From NCBI GenBank assembly GCA_033764955.1, contig JANRIL010000045.1, forward strand, positions 1 through 64,000: 64,000 nt of DNA, given 5' to 3'. The notes below the pieces were generated by a model. It was not told the origin of the DNA. It was given only the letters and a program-made list of their open reading frames with translations, and ran no database searches. Positions 32,300-43,837 of the stretch are shown piece after piece (within the stretch, counting starts at the first letter, position 1; every line of letters starts with the position of its first letter). Position numbers and translations under genes: made by a program. The stretch is from Cyanobacteriota bacterium. Its GTDB lineage: Bacteria > Cyanobacteriota > Cyanobacteriia > Thermostichales > Thermostichaceae.

Positions 32300-32471
32300 G
32301 GGATCCCTGCCCACATAGCCCGACTATGACCATTGACCTAAACAATTCATGACCTCACGCCTAGCCCTGGGATGACCCAAGCAACTTAGGCCGGGAGGCT
32401 GACCTGGGCAACGATAGAGCTATAGCGATTTAGAGAGAGCCATCTTAAACCCTCTCAACATGTGAAAAAAT

Positions 32472-33026
32472 ATGAACATGACGGAAACCCTCACCCAACC
32501 GCCCCATCAACTCCTGCCAACCCCAGAAAAACAAGAGAATTTCGCAGATTTCCTTGATTCCTTTCCCAATCCGGCAGCTAAATTTTTCTTTGGACTGCTT
32601 AAACCCAGCCTCTTGCAAAAGGGAGAATCCACCCCTTGTTTAATTCCTCCAATAGAGGTACTACGAGCAATGCCTTCAGGCAGCTTGGGAAGTGCCTATG
32701 CTGAGTTTTTGCGGGATCACCACCTCAGCCCGATTGCCTATGGACCTCGGCGTGCCCAAATTCATGATGTTCTGCATGTTTTGTTGGGCTATGGCACTGA
32801 CTATGCCGGAGAAGCCGCTGTGCAATGGTTCGTGATGGGGTGCAAGCCCACGCTTTTTAACTGGATTGTCGGAGGCTACCTACAACTGCAAACCCGTCAG
32901 TGGCACCTGGTGAAGACCGCTTTTCAACGGGGTCGTCAATCCCCAATGGATCCCGATACCTTTCCCGTGGAGGAATTGTGGGAAGTGCCTGTGGATAAAA
33001 TTCGAGAGCGCTACCATCTGATCTAG
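32472..33026 (+). CDS. Coq4-family protein
   Basis: PSGSLGSAYAEFL, HDVLHVLLGYGTD..GE (HDxxH-x11-E). Confidence 0.8.
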   Translation: MNMTETLTQPPHQLLPTPEKQENFADFLDSFPNPAAKFFFGLLKPSLLQKGESTPCLIPPIEVLRAMPSGSLGSAYAEFLRDHHLSPIAYGPRRAQIHDVLHVLLGYGTDYAGEAAVQWFVMGCKPTLFNWIVGGYLQLQTRQWHLVKTAFQRGRQSPMDPDTFPVEELWEVPVDKIRERYHLI

Positions 33027-33170
33027 GCTTTCAAGCCAATTCAAGGTGACTTAGCCCCCGCTCACTGACAAAGGCTGCCCATCAAAAAGGGATCCCCCCA
33101 GCCGGTGAGAGGATCCCGATCCCTATTTACTGATGAATGGAATCAGCCAAAACTGAGTTCACCACCCAGG

Positions 33171-34250
33171 TTATACCGAAACTGCTTTCTTGACCTGAGC
33201 CGTAAAGGCTCCTGCCGCATAGCTAGCCGCCATTTCATCCAAGGTGGTCATTTTCACTTGGGTGCCATGACCGGCGCAACCAAACACTTGATAGCGCTCT
33301 TCACAAACCTTTTGCATCTCTTTGATGGAGGGCTTGAGGAAGTGGCGAGGATCAAACTCTTTAGTATCCGCCGCCAATGCCTTGCGAACGGCGGCTGTGA
33401 TCGCCAAGCGGTTGTCGGTGTCAATGTTGACTTTCCGCACACCGTTTTCAATACCCCGCTTGATTTCCTCCAAAGGCACCCCATAGGTTTCAGGGATGGC
33501 ACCGCCAAACTCGTTGATGATATCAATCAAGTCTTTGGGCACCGAAGAGGAACCGTGCATCACCAGGTGGGTGTTGGGCAGACGGCGATGAATTTCGGCA
33601 ATGCGGTCGATGTCGAGGATGTCTCCGGTGGGCTTACGGCTAAATTTGTAGGCTCCGTGGCTGGTGCCAATGGCAACCGCCAGGGCATCCACCTGAGTTT
33701 GCTCCACAAAGTCTACGGCTTGATCGGGATCCGTCAGCAGTTCATCGTGGCTGAGGACGCCTTCAGCTCCGTGGCCGTCTTCCTTATCGCCCATGCCCGT
33801 TTCTAGGGATCCCAGGCAACCCAGTTCTCCCTCAACGCTCACCCCAATGGCGTGGGCTACATCTACCACCGTGCGGGTAACCTGCACGTTATATTCAAAG
33901 CTGGCTGGAGTTTTGGCATCTGCTTTGAGGGATCCATCCATCATGACGCTGGTAAAGCCGTTTTTGATGGCGGAATAGCAAGTAGCGGGGCTGTTGCCAT
34001 GATCTTGGTGCATGGCAATGGGAATGTGGGGATAGGTTTCCACCGCCGCTAAGATCAGGTGGCGCAGGAAGTTTTCGCCAGCATATTTGCGAGCACCGCG
34101 AGAAGCTTGCAAAATCACCGGACTGTTGGTGGAGTGAGCAGCCTGCATGATCGACTGGATCTGCTCCATGTTGTTGACGTTAAAAGCAGGAATGCCATAG
34201 CCGTTTTCGGCAGCGTGGTCGAGGAGAGTCCGTAGTGCAACTAAAGCCAT
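33171..34250 (-). CDS. fbaA: Class II fructose-bisphosphate aldolase
   Basis: [54 protein letters not shown]. Confidence 0.97.
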   Translation of the reverse strand: MALVALRTLLDHAAENGYGIPAFNVNNMEQIQSIMQAAHSTNSPVILQASRGARKYAGENFLRHLILAAVETYPHIPIAMHQDHGNSPATCYSAIKNGFTSVMMDGSLKADAKTPASFEYNVQVTRTVVDVAHAIGVSVEGELGCLGSLETGMGDKEDGHGAEGVLSHDELLTDPDQAVDFVEQTQVDALAVAIGTSHGAYKFSRKPTGDILDIDRIAEIHRRLPNTHLVMHGSSSVPKDLIDIINEFGGAIPETYGVPLEEIKRGIENGVRKVNIDTDNRLAITAAVRKALAADTKEFDPRHFLKPSIKEMQKVCEERYQVFGCAGHGTQVKMTTLDEMAASYAAGAFTAQVKKAVSV

Positions 34251-34375
34251 CGAGAAACCTCCGAGGTGCGTTCTTATGTTAAAACTCGTTGCTTAGTCAT
34301 AATCTTAAGTTATTTTTTACATTTTTTGCGGAAGTCGGTGCGACTTTGCCAGATTAAGCAACCGAAGCGCCACCC

Positions 34376-35032
34376 CTAGGGCAAGGTTTCCGGCAATTTT
34401 TGACCAATGCGCGGCTCAGTGCCAGCCCACAGTCGCTCCATATTGCGGCGATGGGATCCCAGCACATATAGCCCCCCCGCTAAGGCAAATAGCCCGTAGG
34501 GCAGGGCTTGACCCAGGCCAAACATGATCAGCGGCGCGGCCATAGCCGCCACAATCGAGCTGAGGGAAACAATGCGCGAAAGGCCAATTCCGGCTAACCA
34601 CACCCCTAAAATGCTGAGGGCGGCGGGCCAGCTCATCGCCAACAACACCCCCAAACTGGTGGCTACCGATTTACCCCCCTTGAACCCCAACCAAATCGAG
34701 CGTCCATGCCCGATTACCGCCGCCAAGCCAGCCAACAGACCCACCCAAGGGATCCCGCTTTCCGGTAGGCTGAGGAGTTGCCGTTGTAGGCATTCAGCCA
34801 TTAGGGTTTGAGCCATCAGAACCGCCAAGCCTCCCTTCAAGGCATCCACCCCCAACACCAAGGCGGCAGGTCCTTTGCCCACCGTTCGCAAAATGTTGGT
34901 GGCTCCTATCGAGCCGGATCCATGCTCCCGAATATCGATCCCTTTCCACCAGCGCCCCACCCAATAGCCCGTCGGGATGGAGCCAAGCAAGTAGCCCATC
35001 AGCCCACAACCGAGGAAAAAAAGTATATTCAT
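34376..35032 (-). CDS. plsY: Glycerol-3-phosphate acyltransferase PlsY
   Basis: YLLGSIPTG, DIREHGSGSIGATN, FKGGKSVAT, HRRNMERL..GTE. Confidence 0.95.
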   Translation of the reverse strand: MNILFFLGCGLMGYLLGSIPTGYWVGRWWKGIDIREHGSGSIGATNILRTVGKGPAALVLGVDALKGGLAVLMAQTLMAECLQRQLLSLPESGIPWVGLLAGLAAVIGHGRSIWLGFKGGKSVATSLGVLLAMSWPAALSILGVWLAGIGLSRIVSLSSIVAAMAAPLIMFGLGQALPYGLFALAGGLYVLGSHRRNMERLWAGTEPRIGQKLPETLP

Positions 35033-35134
35033 AACAACGCCAGGGCAACGGCATCCTTAAGTTTACCCCCCTTCCCGATCCCCGACCCCTTCAGTTACGA
35101 TCCAGCAGGTCAGAACGCTAGGGGGGATGTTCCC

Positions 35135-35545
35135 ATGAGCAAATCGGCTCGTCGATGGCTGCCCATAGCCACGGTTCCAACCATTCTTCTGGGCTTGGTA
35201 ACGGGCTGCGGAGGGTTTAACCGCTCCTACGATGTGATTATTGGCGGCAATTTTTTGAGCGGGATCGAAGGCCAGGTGCTCTTGGAGTCGGAGTGTTTGG
35301 CAGGAAGCTCCCCCTGCCCCAGTCAACCCTATCAGGCGCGAGTGGATGTGTTGGATGGCAACCGCAACGTGGTCACCAGTTTTCGTTCTGCTCCCTCGTC
35401 GGGAGAATTTGAGGTGCAACTCAGTCCTGGCACCTATACCCTTGCCCCCAACGCCGAGGGGGTGATTACGGCTCCTGAGCAAACCGTGGATGTCACGTTT
35501 AATCAATTTGCGGTGGTGACGATTGTTTACCAGAAAACCCCGTAA
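35135..35545 (+). CDS. Putative lipoprotein with carboxypeptidase-regulatory-like beta domain
   Basis: Lipobox-like VTGC; SGIEGQV..GEFEVQLSPGTYTL. Confidence 0.7.
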   Translation: MSKSARRWLPIATVPTILLGLVTGCGGFNRSYDVIIGGNFLSGIEGQVLLESECLAGSSPCPSQPYQARVDVLDGNRNVVTSFRSAPSSGEFEVQLSPGTYTLAPNAEGVITAPEQTVDVTFNQFAVVTIVYQKTP

Positions 35546-35612
35546 AGCTCTCGCCTCAGACTCGTGAGGCCATCCAGCAGAGAAAAATAATCTAGGGATC
35601 CCTTGGCATTCG

Positions 35613-36302
35613 ATGGCTTGGTTCGATTGGCTACTCATCCCCGATTGCCCCCTCTGTCAACGTCCCGCCCGTCGGGGTCAGAGACAGGGCTGTTTTTGTG
35701 CCGACTGTGCTGAACAACTGCACTCCCTTCGCTACCAGCCTTGGCAAACCCCCCTTACTCCCGAAAGTCCTCCGCTTTATGTTTGGGGATCCTACACGGG
35801 GCTGCTGCGCCGCTCTTTGCAATTGCTCAAATATCAGAATCAACCACAGATGGGTCTCACCCTGGGATCCTGGTTAGGGGAGGCATGGCAGGGATCCCGC
35901 CGCGATTGGCAACGGATAGACAAGCTGGGGGTTGTGCCGATTCCTCTCCATGCTGAGCGGCTGCAAAAACGCGGATATAACCAGGCCGAACTGCTGAGTC
36001 GAGCCTTTTGCCACGTCACTGGTATGACGCATTTCCCGGCCATGCTGGCGCGTCGCCGTTCCACTCAAGCCCAATATGGATTGTCTACGACAGCCCGACA
36101 AGAAAATCTCAAGGGGGCTTTTCAAGTGATGCAACCGGTGGCAATGCCGCTGTTGATCATCGATGACATCTACACGACGGGTGCAACGGTAGCGGCGGCT
36201 ATCCAGGCTTTATCGGCCTCCGGCACAAGCGTTGTGGGGATCATTGTGGCGGCTCGGCCTCGTTTGGTAGTCCAGTCCCGCGAGCAACCGCTCTCAGTTT
36301 AG
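35613..36302 (+). CDS. comF: ComF family protein
   Basis: CPLC..CADC zinc finger, VPIPLH..RGYNQA, IIDDIYTTGAT. Confidence 0.93.
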   Translation: MAWFDWLLIPDCPLCQRPARRGQRQGCFCADCAEQLHSLRYQPWQTPLTPESPPLYVWGSYTGLLRRSLQLLKYQNQPQMGLTLGSWLGEAWQGSRRDWQRIDKLGVVPIPLHAERLQKRGYNQAELLSRAFCHVTGMTHFPAMLARRRSTQAQYGLSTTARQENLKGAFQVMQPVAMPLLIIDDIYTTGATVAAAIQALSASGTSVVGIIVAARPRLVVQSREQPLSV

Positions 36303-36455
36303 TTCAGAAGACTTCACAGCTAACTTTCTCAAGCTAGGGATCCGGATCCCAGATCCTTAATCGCAACTTCACCCAGACCCCCATCCTCACGATATTGGTG
36401 AAGGGACTAAGATGATTTCACAACTATACAAGCAACAGGCAAGGTAGCGTCTATC

Positions 36456-37313
36456 ATGACTGGCTATGATTCGTTGGAGCCTCAGGGCATCATCTTGCTG
36501 GTGGATGACACGTTAGAAAATCTAGAAGTTTTGGACGGATTGTTAACAGAACATGGCTACGATGTGCGGCAGGCTACCGATGGGCAGATGGCTCTCATGG
36601 GCGTCGAAGCGGATCCCCCCGATTTAATCTTGCTCGATATCATGATGCCAGAGATGAATGGCTATGAAGTTTGCCAGCGGTTGAAGAGCAAGCCGGAAAC
36701 CTGGGATATCCCCGTTATCTTTATCAGCGCCCTTGATGATGCTTTTGATAAAGTGAAAGCTTTTGAAGTGGGAGGGGTGGATTATATTCCCAAGCCTTTT
36801 CAAACCGCAGAGGCACTGGCACGGGTCAACAATCAGATGGCGATCTCCCGCCTGCAAAAACTCCTACAGAAGAATACAGAGCTACAGTTTGCTCAATATC
36901 AGGCGGTGGTTGCGGAACGGGATCGGATGCAGCAGGCTTTTTTGGAGGCTAGCCGTAAGTACGACGAATTTTTTCAAAAAGCTCCCATCGGGATTTATCA
37001 CTGTTCGCCAGCCGGACGCTATTTGGAGGTCAACCCCGCTTTAGCTCGCATTTTTGGCTACACCGCTCCCCACGAGTGGATCCCGGAGTCGGAGGGAACA
37101 GGGATCCCCATTCCCTATGTGGATGAAAACCAATGGGAACGCTTTGCTAGCCAGATCGAGCATCACGGCTCTGTGGTGAGTATGGAGTCAGCCGTTTATC
37201 GCAAAGATGGCAGCGAAACCATCATCCTAGAGTCGGCTTATCCCGTCAAAGACGCGCAAGGTTATCTAGTGTATTACGAAGGATTTGCCCAGGAACTCGT
37301 TTCTAGTTTGTAA
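36456..37313 (+). CDS. Response regulator, REC plus PAS
   Basis: ILLVDD, DLILLDIMMP, DYIPKPF; C-terminal PAS/PAC. Confidence 0.9.
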   Translation: MTGYDSLEPQGIILLVDDTLENLEVLDGLLTEHGYDVRQATDGQMALMGVEADPPDLILLDIMMPEMNGYEVCQRLKSKPETWDIPVIFISALDDAFDKVKAFEVGGVDYIPKPFQTAEALARVNNQMAISRLQKLLQKNTELQFAQYQAVVAERDRMQQAFLEASRKYDEFFQKAPIGIYHCSPAGRYLEVNPALARIFGYTAPHEWIPESEGTGIPIPYVDENQWERFASQIEHHGSVVSMESAVYRKDGSETIILESAYPVKDAQGYLVYYEGFAQELVSSL

Positions 37314-37593
37314 GGATCTTTAGCTGTCAAGGAGTCGGTTTTCTTTACCGTTTTGTGGGTTCAAGGGGGCTGAGTTGACTATCTGCATGGCATGGATCCG
37401 TGTTAGTCAAACCACTGAGTCTGAGCTAAGGTCGGTATCGAATCTTCCCCTGACTTGACTGCTTCTGGAAAGTCTCCCTTCCACTAGTCGTAGCCTCCCC
37501 TTAAGCAAGGCTGCAAGTTTCTAGCCGCTCTCGCACCTTAAACTTTTGATGAACCTTGTCCTAAAGTATGAAGTGTAGTTATAGGAGGCAACC

Positions 37594-37869
37594 ATGCTTC
37601 GAGTTTTCTCTCTCTTGGCAGCCCTGCTCACCTCTATCGTCGGATTTTCTGTGTTTAGCTCTAGTGCCTTAGCCGATGATGATCGCCCTAATTTTGGGGA
37701 TCGCTTTGATAATTTGGATGGAGAACGGTTGAAGGATTGGTTAGATGATCGTTTCGATGATGACGATGACGACGACGATGATGATGACGATGATGATGAT
37801 GACGATGATGATGATGACGACGATGATGATGACGATGATGATGATGACGATGATGATGATGACAACTAA
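37594..37869 (+). CDS. Small secreted protein with a 36-residue poly-Asp tail
   Basis: RBS AGGAGG, signal peptide ending ALA, GAY run at 37756-37863. Confidence 0.75.
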   Translation: MLRVFSLLAALLTSIVGFSVFSSSALADDDRPNFGDRFDNLDGERLKDWLDDRFDDDDDDDDDDDDDDDDDDDDDDDDDDDDDDDDDDDDN

Positions 37870-37924
37870 CTACTAAGAGCAAATCTTCTCAATCTGGCTA
37901 GAAATTTTTCCCTGTTTTCGGGCG

Positions 37925-37960
37925 AAAAGCCCTCCCCTAAATTCAAGAGGAGGGCTTTTT
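37925..37960. terminator. Bidirectional intrinsic terminator
   Basis: AAAAGCCCTCC..GGAGGGCTTTT between convergent genes. Confidence 0.75.
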
Positions 37961-38013
37961 AGAAAGCGTGTATTCTCAGGAAAAGGGATCCCAACACCTA
38001 GCACCCGATCAGT

Positions 38014-40671
38014 TTAGGAGGCAATTTTTTGATTGGAGGGATCCCCATCCTGCACTGTTTTGAGGGGCGAAGATTGCTTTTTATGAAAGGCTAGCCGCTC
38101 ATTTTCAACTGTTACCTCAATCGTGTCTCCAGCCACAAACTGATTTTCTAAAAGCTTAGTGGCAATCGGATTTTCGATTTCCCGTTGAATGGTGCGCTTG
38201 AGGGGGCGAGCACCAAAAACAGGATCGTAGCCCACCTCGGCCACATAATCTTTGGCAGCTTCCGTCAACAGGAGATCAATTTTTTGATCAGCCAAAAGCT
38301 GCTCAACTCGCCGCATTTGTAAGGAGACAATCGAGCGGATTTGGGATTTAGTAAGGGCATGGAAGATAATCAATTCGTCCACCCGATTCAAAAACTCAGG
38401 GCGGAAATTACGACGCAATAATCCCAAGACTTCTGTTCGCATTTCTTCATAGCGACTTTCATCCCCCGCTACTTCTAAAATGTAGTCGCTGCCAATATTG
38501 CTGGTCATGATGATGATGGTGTTTTTGAAATCAATAGTTCGCCCTTGGGAGTCAGTAATACGGCCATCATCCAAGACCTGTAAAAGAATATTAAAGACAT
38601 CAGGGTGAGCTTTCTCCACTTCATCAAATAGCACCACAGAATAGGGGCGGCGGCGCACTGATTCCGAAAGTTGTCCACCCTCTTCGTAACCCACATAACC
38701 AGGAGGCGCTCCCACCAGCCGAGAGACGGCATGTTTCTCCATATATTCCGACATATCAATGCGAACCATCGCTTCGCTGGTGTCAAAGAGAAACTCTGCC
38801 AACGCCCGTGCCAACTCGGTTTTGCCTACCCCCGTTGGGCCAAGGAAGAGAAAAGATCCAATCGGACGACCGGGATCCTTCATCCCCGCCCGTGCCCGCC
38901 GAATGGCGGCAGCCACCGCCGTCACTGCTTCTTCCTGGCCGATCACTTTTTGATGGAGGTGAGATTCTAGTTGCAGAAGCTTTTGGCGCTCCGATTCCAT
39001 CAAATTGGTGACAGGGATCCCTGTCCAACGGGAAACAATTTCGGCGATATCTTCCTGGGTCACCTGTTCCCGCAACATCGGTTCACCACTACTTTGTTGA
39101 GAGGCAATATAGGCTTCTTTTTCCTGAATTTGTCGCTCAATTTCCATGAGTTTGCCATACTTCAGCTCGGCAGCCCGATTCAGATCATATTTTTGTTCGG
39201 CCTGTTCGATTTGCAGTTTGATGGCATCCCGCTCTCCTTTCAGGGTTTGCAGTTGCTCTAATCCCTCTTTTTCAAACTGCCAACGGGAATTGAGTTCCCG
39301 CTGATTTTCCATCAGATTGGCGAGTTCCTGTTCAATACGGCTAAGACGGTCACGGGATCCCAGATCATCCTCTTTTTTGAGAGAGAGTTCCTCCATCTGC
39401 AACTGCATAATCCGCCGATCGATTTCGTCCAATTCTACGGGTTTGGAGGTGATCTCCATCTTCAGTTTGGCTGCCGATTCATCTACCAAATCAATGGCTT
39501 TATCGGGCAAAAATCGCTCAGAAATATAACGGTGGGATAGCACCGCCGCCGCGACGAGAGCCGAATCTGCAATTTTGACGCCGTGATGCAGTTCGTAACG
39601 CTCCTTCAGCCCCCGCAAAATAGAAATCGTGTCTTCCACCGTCGGTTGATCCACCAACACCTGTTGAAAACGCCGTTCCAATGCCGCATCTTTTTCGATG
39701 TATTTGCGATATTCATCCAGAGTGGTGGCTCCAATGCAGCGCAGTTCTCCCCTGGCTAACATCGGTTTGAGTAGATTGCCCGCATCCATCGCCCCTTCGC
39801 CTGCCCCCGCACCTACGACGGTATGCAGTTCGTCAATGAACAAGACAATCCGCCCCTCTGACTCAGTGACCTCCTTGAGAACCGCTTTCAGCCGATCCTC
39901 AAACTCCCCGCGATACTTGGCTCCGGCAATCATGGATCCCATATCCAGGGCGATCACCCGCCGATTTTTCAACGATTCCGGCACATCCCCCCGATTGATG
40001 CGCTGGGCTAAGCCCTCCACAATGGCGGTTTTGCCCACCCCTGGCTCTCCGATCAAAACGGGATTGTTTTTGGTGCGGCGAGATAAGACTTGAATAACGC
40101 GGCGAATTTCATCATCCCGCCCAATCACCGGATCCAGTTTGCCCTGACGAGCTGCCTCGGTTAGATCGCGCCCATAGCGCTCCAAGGCTTCGTAGCGAGC
40201 CTCTGGATTTTTGTCCGTCACCCGTTGTTTGCCCCGCACCTCCTGGATGACCGGCTTGAGCCGATCCACCGTGAGACCAAGGGGAGCCAACACTCGTTTG
40301 CCCACCCGCTCATCCGTCAGGGATCCCAGAAAAAGGTGCTCGACTGAAATAAAATCGTCTTCGTATTCTTTGCGAAACTCTTCCGCCCGATCCAGGCTGG
40401 TTTCTAGCCCCCGCCCTAAGTAAAGCTGTTCTACGTTTGCCACCTTAGGCTGTTGACCAATAAAGCTCTCCACCTTTTGCCGCACCACAAGGGGATCCAA
40501 CTCAGCTCTCTGCAAGATGGTTCTGACTAGTCCCCCCTCTTGATCCAGAAGGGCAATGACAAGGTGCTCTGTTTCTAACTGTTGTTGCTTATACTGACGA
40601 GCCACATCCTGTGATTTGACAATGGCGCTCCAAGCTTTTTCGGTGAACTGATTAGGGTTGGTTGGCTGCAT
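38014..40671 (-). CDS. clpB: Chaperone ClpB
   Basis: [22 protein letters not shown], middle coiled coil, [16 protein letters not shown]. Confidence 0.98.
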   Translation of the reverse strand: MQPTNPNQFTEKAWSAIVKSQDVARQYKQQQLETEHLVIALLDQEGGLVRTILQRAELDPLVVRQKVESFIGQQPKVANVEQLYLGRGLETSLDRAEEFRKEYEDDFISVEHLFLGSLTDERVGKRVLAPLGLTVDRLKPVIQEVRGKQRVTDKNPEARYEALERYGRDLTEAARQGKLDPVIGRDDEIRRVIQVLSRRTKNNPVLIGEPGVGKTAIVEGLAQRINRGDVPESLKNRRVIALDMGSMIAGAKYRGEFEDRLKAVLKEVTESEGRIVLFIDELHTVVGAGAGEGAMDAGNLLKPMLARGELRCIGATTLDEYRKYIEKDAALERRFQQVLVDQPTVEDTISILRGLKERYELHHGVKIADSALVAAAVLSHRYISERFLPDKAIDLVDESAAKLKMEITSKPVELDEIDRRIMQLQMEELSLKKEDDLGSRDRLSRIEQELANLMENQRELNSRWQFEKEGLEQLQTLKGERDAIKLQIEQAEQKYDLNRAAELKYGKLMEIERQIQEKEAYIASQQSSGEPMLREQVTQEDIAEIVSRWTGIPVTNLMESERQKLLQLESHLHQKVIGQEEAVTAVAAAIRRARAGMKDPGRPIGSFLFLGPTGVGKTELARALAEFLFDTSEAMVRIDMSEYMEKHAVSRLVGAPPGYVGYEEGGQLSESVRRRPYSVVLFDEVEKAHPDVFNILLQVLDDGRITDSQGRTIDFKNTIIIMTSNIGSDYILEVAGDESRYEEMRTEVLGLLRRNFRPEFLNRVDELIIFHALTKSQIRSIVSLQMRRVEQLLADQKIDLLLTEAAKDYVAEVGYDPVFGARPLKRTIQREIENPIATKLLENQFVAGDTIEVTVENERLAFHKKQSSPLKTVQDGDPSNQKIAS

Positions 40672-40965
40672 AAGATCTAAGGGAAGGAGCAGTGGTGAAT
40701 AGCCTTCATTCAGTATAGCAATATCAATTCACTTGAGTGTCAGCATATAAGGGCAAACCCAGGATCCTAAATAAAATCTAAATCTGCATCGGGCAAGCAC
40801 CACCTCAACCCATCAGCCCCCACCCCCCGCCAACCCCCTCAAGGAGGCCAAGGGATTGCAGCTCAGCCAGACTGGAGCTGTCTAGCGACCAGTAGATTGG
40901 AGTTATAATGCCCCTCAGATCCCCCCAGGGGGGATCCCTATTCCCAGGAAAGAGGCAAAAAGCTC

Positions 40966-42114
40966 ATGACAGACGAAGCAAAAGTGGCCGTATTGCTGTG
41001 TGGCTATGGTGAGATCGAGCACTATCAAGAATTTGCGGACTATAATGAACGGGCTTTACGGTTGCTAGCCTCAAAGTTCATTCAATTTCCTAATTTTGTT
41101 ATCCCCTGGATTGCCAAAGCCTTAGAGTTTAGCGATCGGCGGGAGTGGAAAGGTCAAAACCATTATCATTCCCCCCACAACGCTATTTTTGAGTCGCAAC
41201 GGGCTGGAATTGAAGCTGCCTTGCAGGCTCGCTTTGGGGATCGGGTCGGCGTATTCAAAGCCTTTAACTTTTGTGAGCCATTTTTGCCCAGCCAAGTCTT
41301 AAAAGAAGTGCGCGAGCGGGGCTATAACCGTCTGCTGATTTATCCATTACTGGTGGTGGATTCCATTTTTACCAGTGGTTTAGCGCTTCAACAAATTAAC
41401 GAAGCTCTGGCGGATGATGCCAGTTGGGTGAAGGGGATCCGCTATTTTCCCAGTTTCTTTGATCAGCCGGATTATCATCAACGCATGGCCGATCATATCG
41501 AAGCGCGGTTAAGCGACTTACAGGGACATTATGCGGCCACACAAATTGGCATTCTGTTGCTCAATCATGGATCCCCCTACGAAGCCAAAGGATACGAAAC
41601 GGGCATCCGCGAAAGTGTCAGCCTGTATCTATCGATTCGGGAGCGATTGATAGAGAAATATCCCCTGATTAGTCTGGCCTGGATGAACCATGATACCCCC
41701 GGACGCTGGACAACCCCAGATATGAATCAAGCCGCCGAAAATATCTTGGGATTGGGAGCCAAAGCATTGGTGTTTGCGCCAATTGGCTTTGCCACCGAAA
41801 ATCATGAAACTATGCTCGATGTTGGTTATGCTATCCAAAAATTTAAGCACAAAGCCGAATGTCTACACCTCGATTGTCTGAACGACGATCCGGCCTTTTT
41901 ACAGATGGTGGCGGATTGGGTGGAACCGTTGGTGGGAGATTTGTTGGGGGATCAGATCAATCTGCGGCAATGGCTATCCAATCCGGCTCCCCAAAAAGAG
42001 TTAGCAGGGGTTTTGCCCAATCGCAACCGCCACCTTCACGAAACCCTGCCCCCGTCCGCCCATGCCCACCACGGCCACAGCCACAGTCATGGGGGACACC
42101 ATCATCACCACTAA
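40966..42114 (+). CDS. Ferrochelatase-like class II chelatase with His-rich tail
   Basis: LLIYPL, LLNHGSP, PIGFATENHETMLD, CLNDDPAF; ends HAHHGHSHSHGGHHHHH. Confidence 0.8.
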   Translation: MTDEAKVAVLLCGYGEIEHYQEFADYNERALRLLASKFIQFPNFVIPWIAKALEFSDRREWKGQNHYHSPHNAIFESQRAGIEAALQARFGDRVGVFKAFNFCEPFLPSQVLKEVRERGYNRLLIYPLLVVDSIFTSGLALQQINEALADDASWVKGIRYFPSFFDQPDYHQRMADHIEARLSDLQGHYAATQIGILLLNHGSPYEAKGYETGIRESVSLYLSIRERLIEKYPLISLAWMNHDTPGRWTTPDMNQAAENILGLGAKALVFAPIGFATENHETMLDVGYAIQKFKHKAECLHLDCLNDDPAFLQMVADWVEPLVGDLLGDQINLRQWLSNPAPQKELAGVLPNRNRHLHETLPPSAHAHHGHSHSHGGHHHHH

Positions 42115-42204
42115 ATCCGCGGGGGAGAGGTACGGGGATCCGAATCTTGCAATCTTTCTTAACATTGCGGTTATCATGAAGGCGATGCTCAGGTGAGCAA
42201 AGGA

Positions 42205-42963
42205 ATGACCTCAATTTTGTCAGGACTACCGTTTCAGGCTCAGAGCGGCGATCGGCTGGTTAGCAAGGTGGTGGGAGCGGCCATTGCTGCCCTCTTTAAG
42301 CAGTCCGAAACGTTGAATGCCACCGTTCGGGCGGATCCCGTAGCCAAGCTGTTGCAGGGAAGCATCGATGGCTTTGAGCTGTTGGCATCGGGGTTGTTGA
42401 TGTACAACGGTTTGCGCCTTGAAAACCTGGAACTCTACTCGCAGGCTGTTGCCATCGACTTTAGTGAGATTTTTCAAGGAAGGGTCAAACTCCGTCAACC
42501 CACTCAGGCCACGATGCGGGTGGTGCTAACGGAGCAAGATCTGGCTACATCTTTCAATACCCCGTTCGTTTTGGGCAAACTCAAGCTCCTCCAAATTAAC
42601 GGCCAGCCCCTGAGCCTACGGCAGGTCGGCGTGGCGATCAGCAATGATGGATCCCTACACATTCAGGCGGAAGCCCAGATGGATCCAGCAGGGGAGTGGA
42701 TCGGGATTGATTTCTCGACGCAGGTAGAAGTGGAGGATCGCCACAGGATTCAGTTTGTGCAGACCACTTACCAAGGGGATCCTGCTTCCGTAGCCCTCAG
42801 CCAGTCGCTGGTGGAGCATGTCAACAGTCTTTTGGATCTGGACAAATTCGCCTTAGATGGCACTCGCCTGCGGGTGGATCGGATCCGCATCCGCGATCAT
42901 AAGATCGTCTTTTATGGCTCCGCCCAGATTGATCGATTTCCCACCCGCAAGGCCGTCCACTAA
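42205..42963 (+). CDS. DUF2993 (LmeA-like) protein
   Basis: KLLQGSIDG..AIDF..GRVKLRQPTQATMRVVLTEQDL. Confidence 0.8.
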   Translation: MTSILSGLPFQAQSGDRLVSKVVGAAIAALFKQSETLNATVRADPVAKLLQGSIDGFELLASGLLMYNGLRLENLELYSQAVAIDFSEIFQGRVKLRQPTQATMRVVLTEQDLATSFNTPFVLGKLKLLQINGQPLSLRQVGVAISNDGSLHIQAEAQMDPAGEWIGIDFSTQVEVEDRHRIQFVQTTYQGDPASVALSQSLVEHVNSLLDLDKFALDGTRLRVDRIRIRDHKIVFYGSAQIDRFPTRKAVH

Positions 42964-43222
42964 GCGGTTGGCGGATAGCGGTTGGTTTGTCCATACGGCC
43001 ATTCATCAGACCATCGAATCCATAATGAGATGCTCTATACCGGGATCTTTGATGAAGTGTGGGAATCTCTGCCATTGTTATGAGGTTCCCTAAAGCGTCT
43101 TTTGGGGAAGGGATTTAGAGAAAGTCTGAGCCTTAAAACCGCCACCTTTGCAAGATCCAGCATTCCTCGTTTAGGCTAGAGAAATCTGCTGAAAGCCTCT
43201 CCAGAAGCGAGCTTTAACCTTA

Positions 43223-43270
43223 TCGGGATGACAGGATTCGAACCTGCGACCCCTTCGTCCCGAACGAAGT
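43223..43270 (-). tRNA. 3' fragment of tRNA-Pro(CGG); probable att site of an integrated island
   Basis: Minus strand CTTCG-TTCGGGA-CGAAG-GGGTC-GCAGG-TTCGAAT-CCTGT-CATCCCG-A; no D arm or 5' acceptor strand upstream. Confidence 0.85.
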
Positions 43271-43336
43271 ATTGCTAGCTTTTGTGTCTACTACGGGGAA
43301 AGCGATACAGCCATTCTCAATAAGATCTCCTACCAT

Positions 43337-43519
43337 TCACCAAACCTTGAAACTCTTTTCAAACAATCGCTGAGATACCTCCACCGCCCAGCAACCTTGG
43401 GGATCCTCAGTGGCCACCAAAGCCACGGATCCAGGATAGAAGCCAAAGCGTTCCTGATCTGCCAGCCAGGTTTGATAGCGGCTGATGGCTACTTCAATCT
43501 GATGATCGGTGTGGCTCAT
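43337..43519 (-). CDS. Small hypothetical protein
   Basis: 60-aa ORF co-oriented with the tightly packed small-gene cluster. Confidence 0.4.
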   Translation of the reverse strand: MSHTDHQIEVAISRYQTWLADQERFGFYPGSVALVATEDPQGCWAVEVSQRLFEKSFKVW

Positions 43520-43543
43520 CTGGGAAGGGATCCGGTTGTGGGG

Positions 43544-43837
43544 TCAGGGTTGGGATCCCCCGTCGAGTCGTTGAACGATATGCCGAATTTCGCCCAGCAG
43601 GATATCAAAGCGTTGATCCTGTTCAGCTTGGCGTTGCAGCATGGCAGCTATTCTCTGATCTTGTTCAGCCTGGTGCTGAGAGACTCTGAGAACTTGATCC
43701 GCTAGGATCCCCACCTGTGACACTAAGCCCAGATGAGCTTGAGTCAACTGATCCACCCGTCCATTAGTGGCAATCTGTGAATCCGCCACCCGCTCGATCG
43801 CCGCCGCCAATCGGTCAAACTTTTCTTCATCCGTCAT
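43544..43837 (-). CDS. Small coiled-coil protein (paralog of 8719-9084)
   Basis: ATGA overlap with the upstream ORF; internal QAEQDQR repeat; ends GSQP. Confidence 0.65.
   Translation of the reverse strand: MTDEEKFDRLAAAIERVADSQIATNGRVDQLTQAHLGLVSQVGILADQVLRVSQHQAEQDQRIAAMLQRQAEQDQRFDILLGEIRHIVQRLDGGSQP

Noticed and set aside
32325..32410. Repeated TGACC motifs upstream of the Coq4-like gene
   Set aside because: Irregular spacing and no recognisable structure; cannot support a regulatory call
37521..37882. Poly-Ser and poly-His ORFs on the minus strand
   Set aside because: Antisense shadows of the poly-Asp gene, which has the RBS and signal peptide
43223..43300. Complete tRNA-Pro gene
   Set aside because: The D arm and 5' acceptor strand are missing
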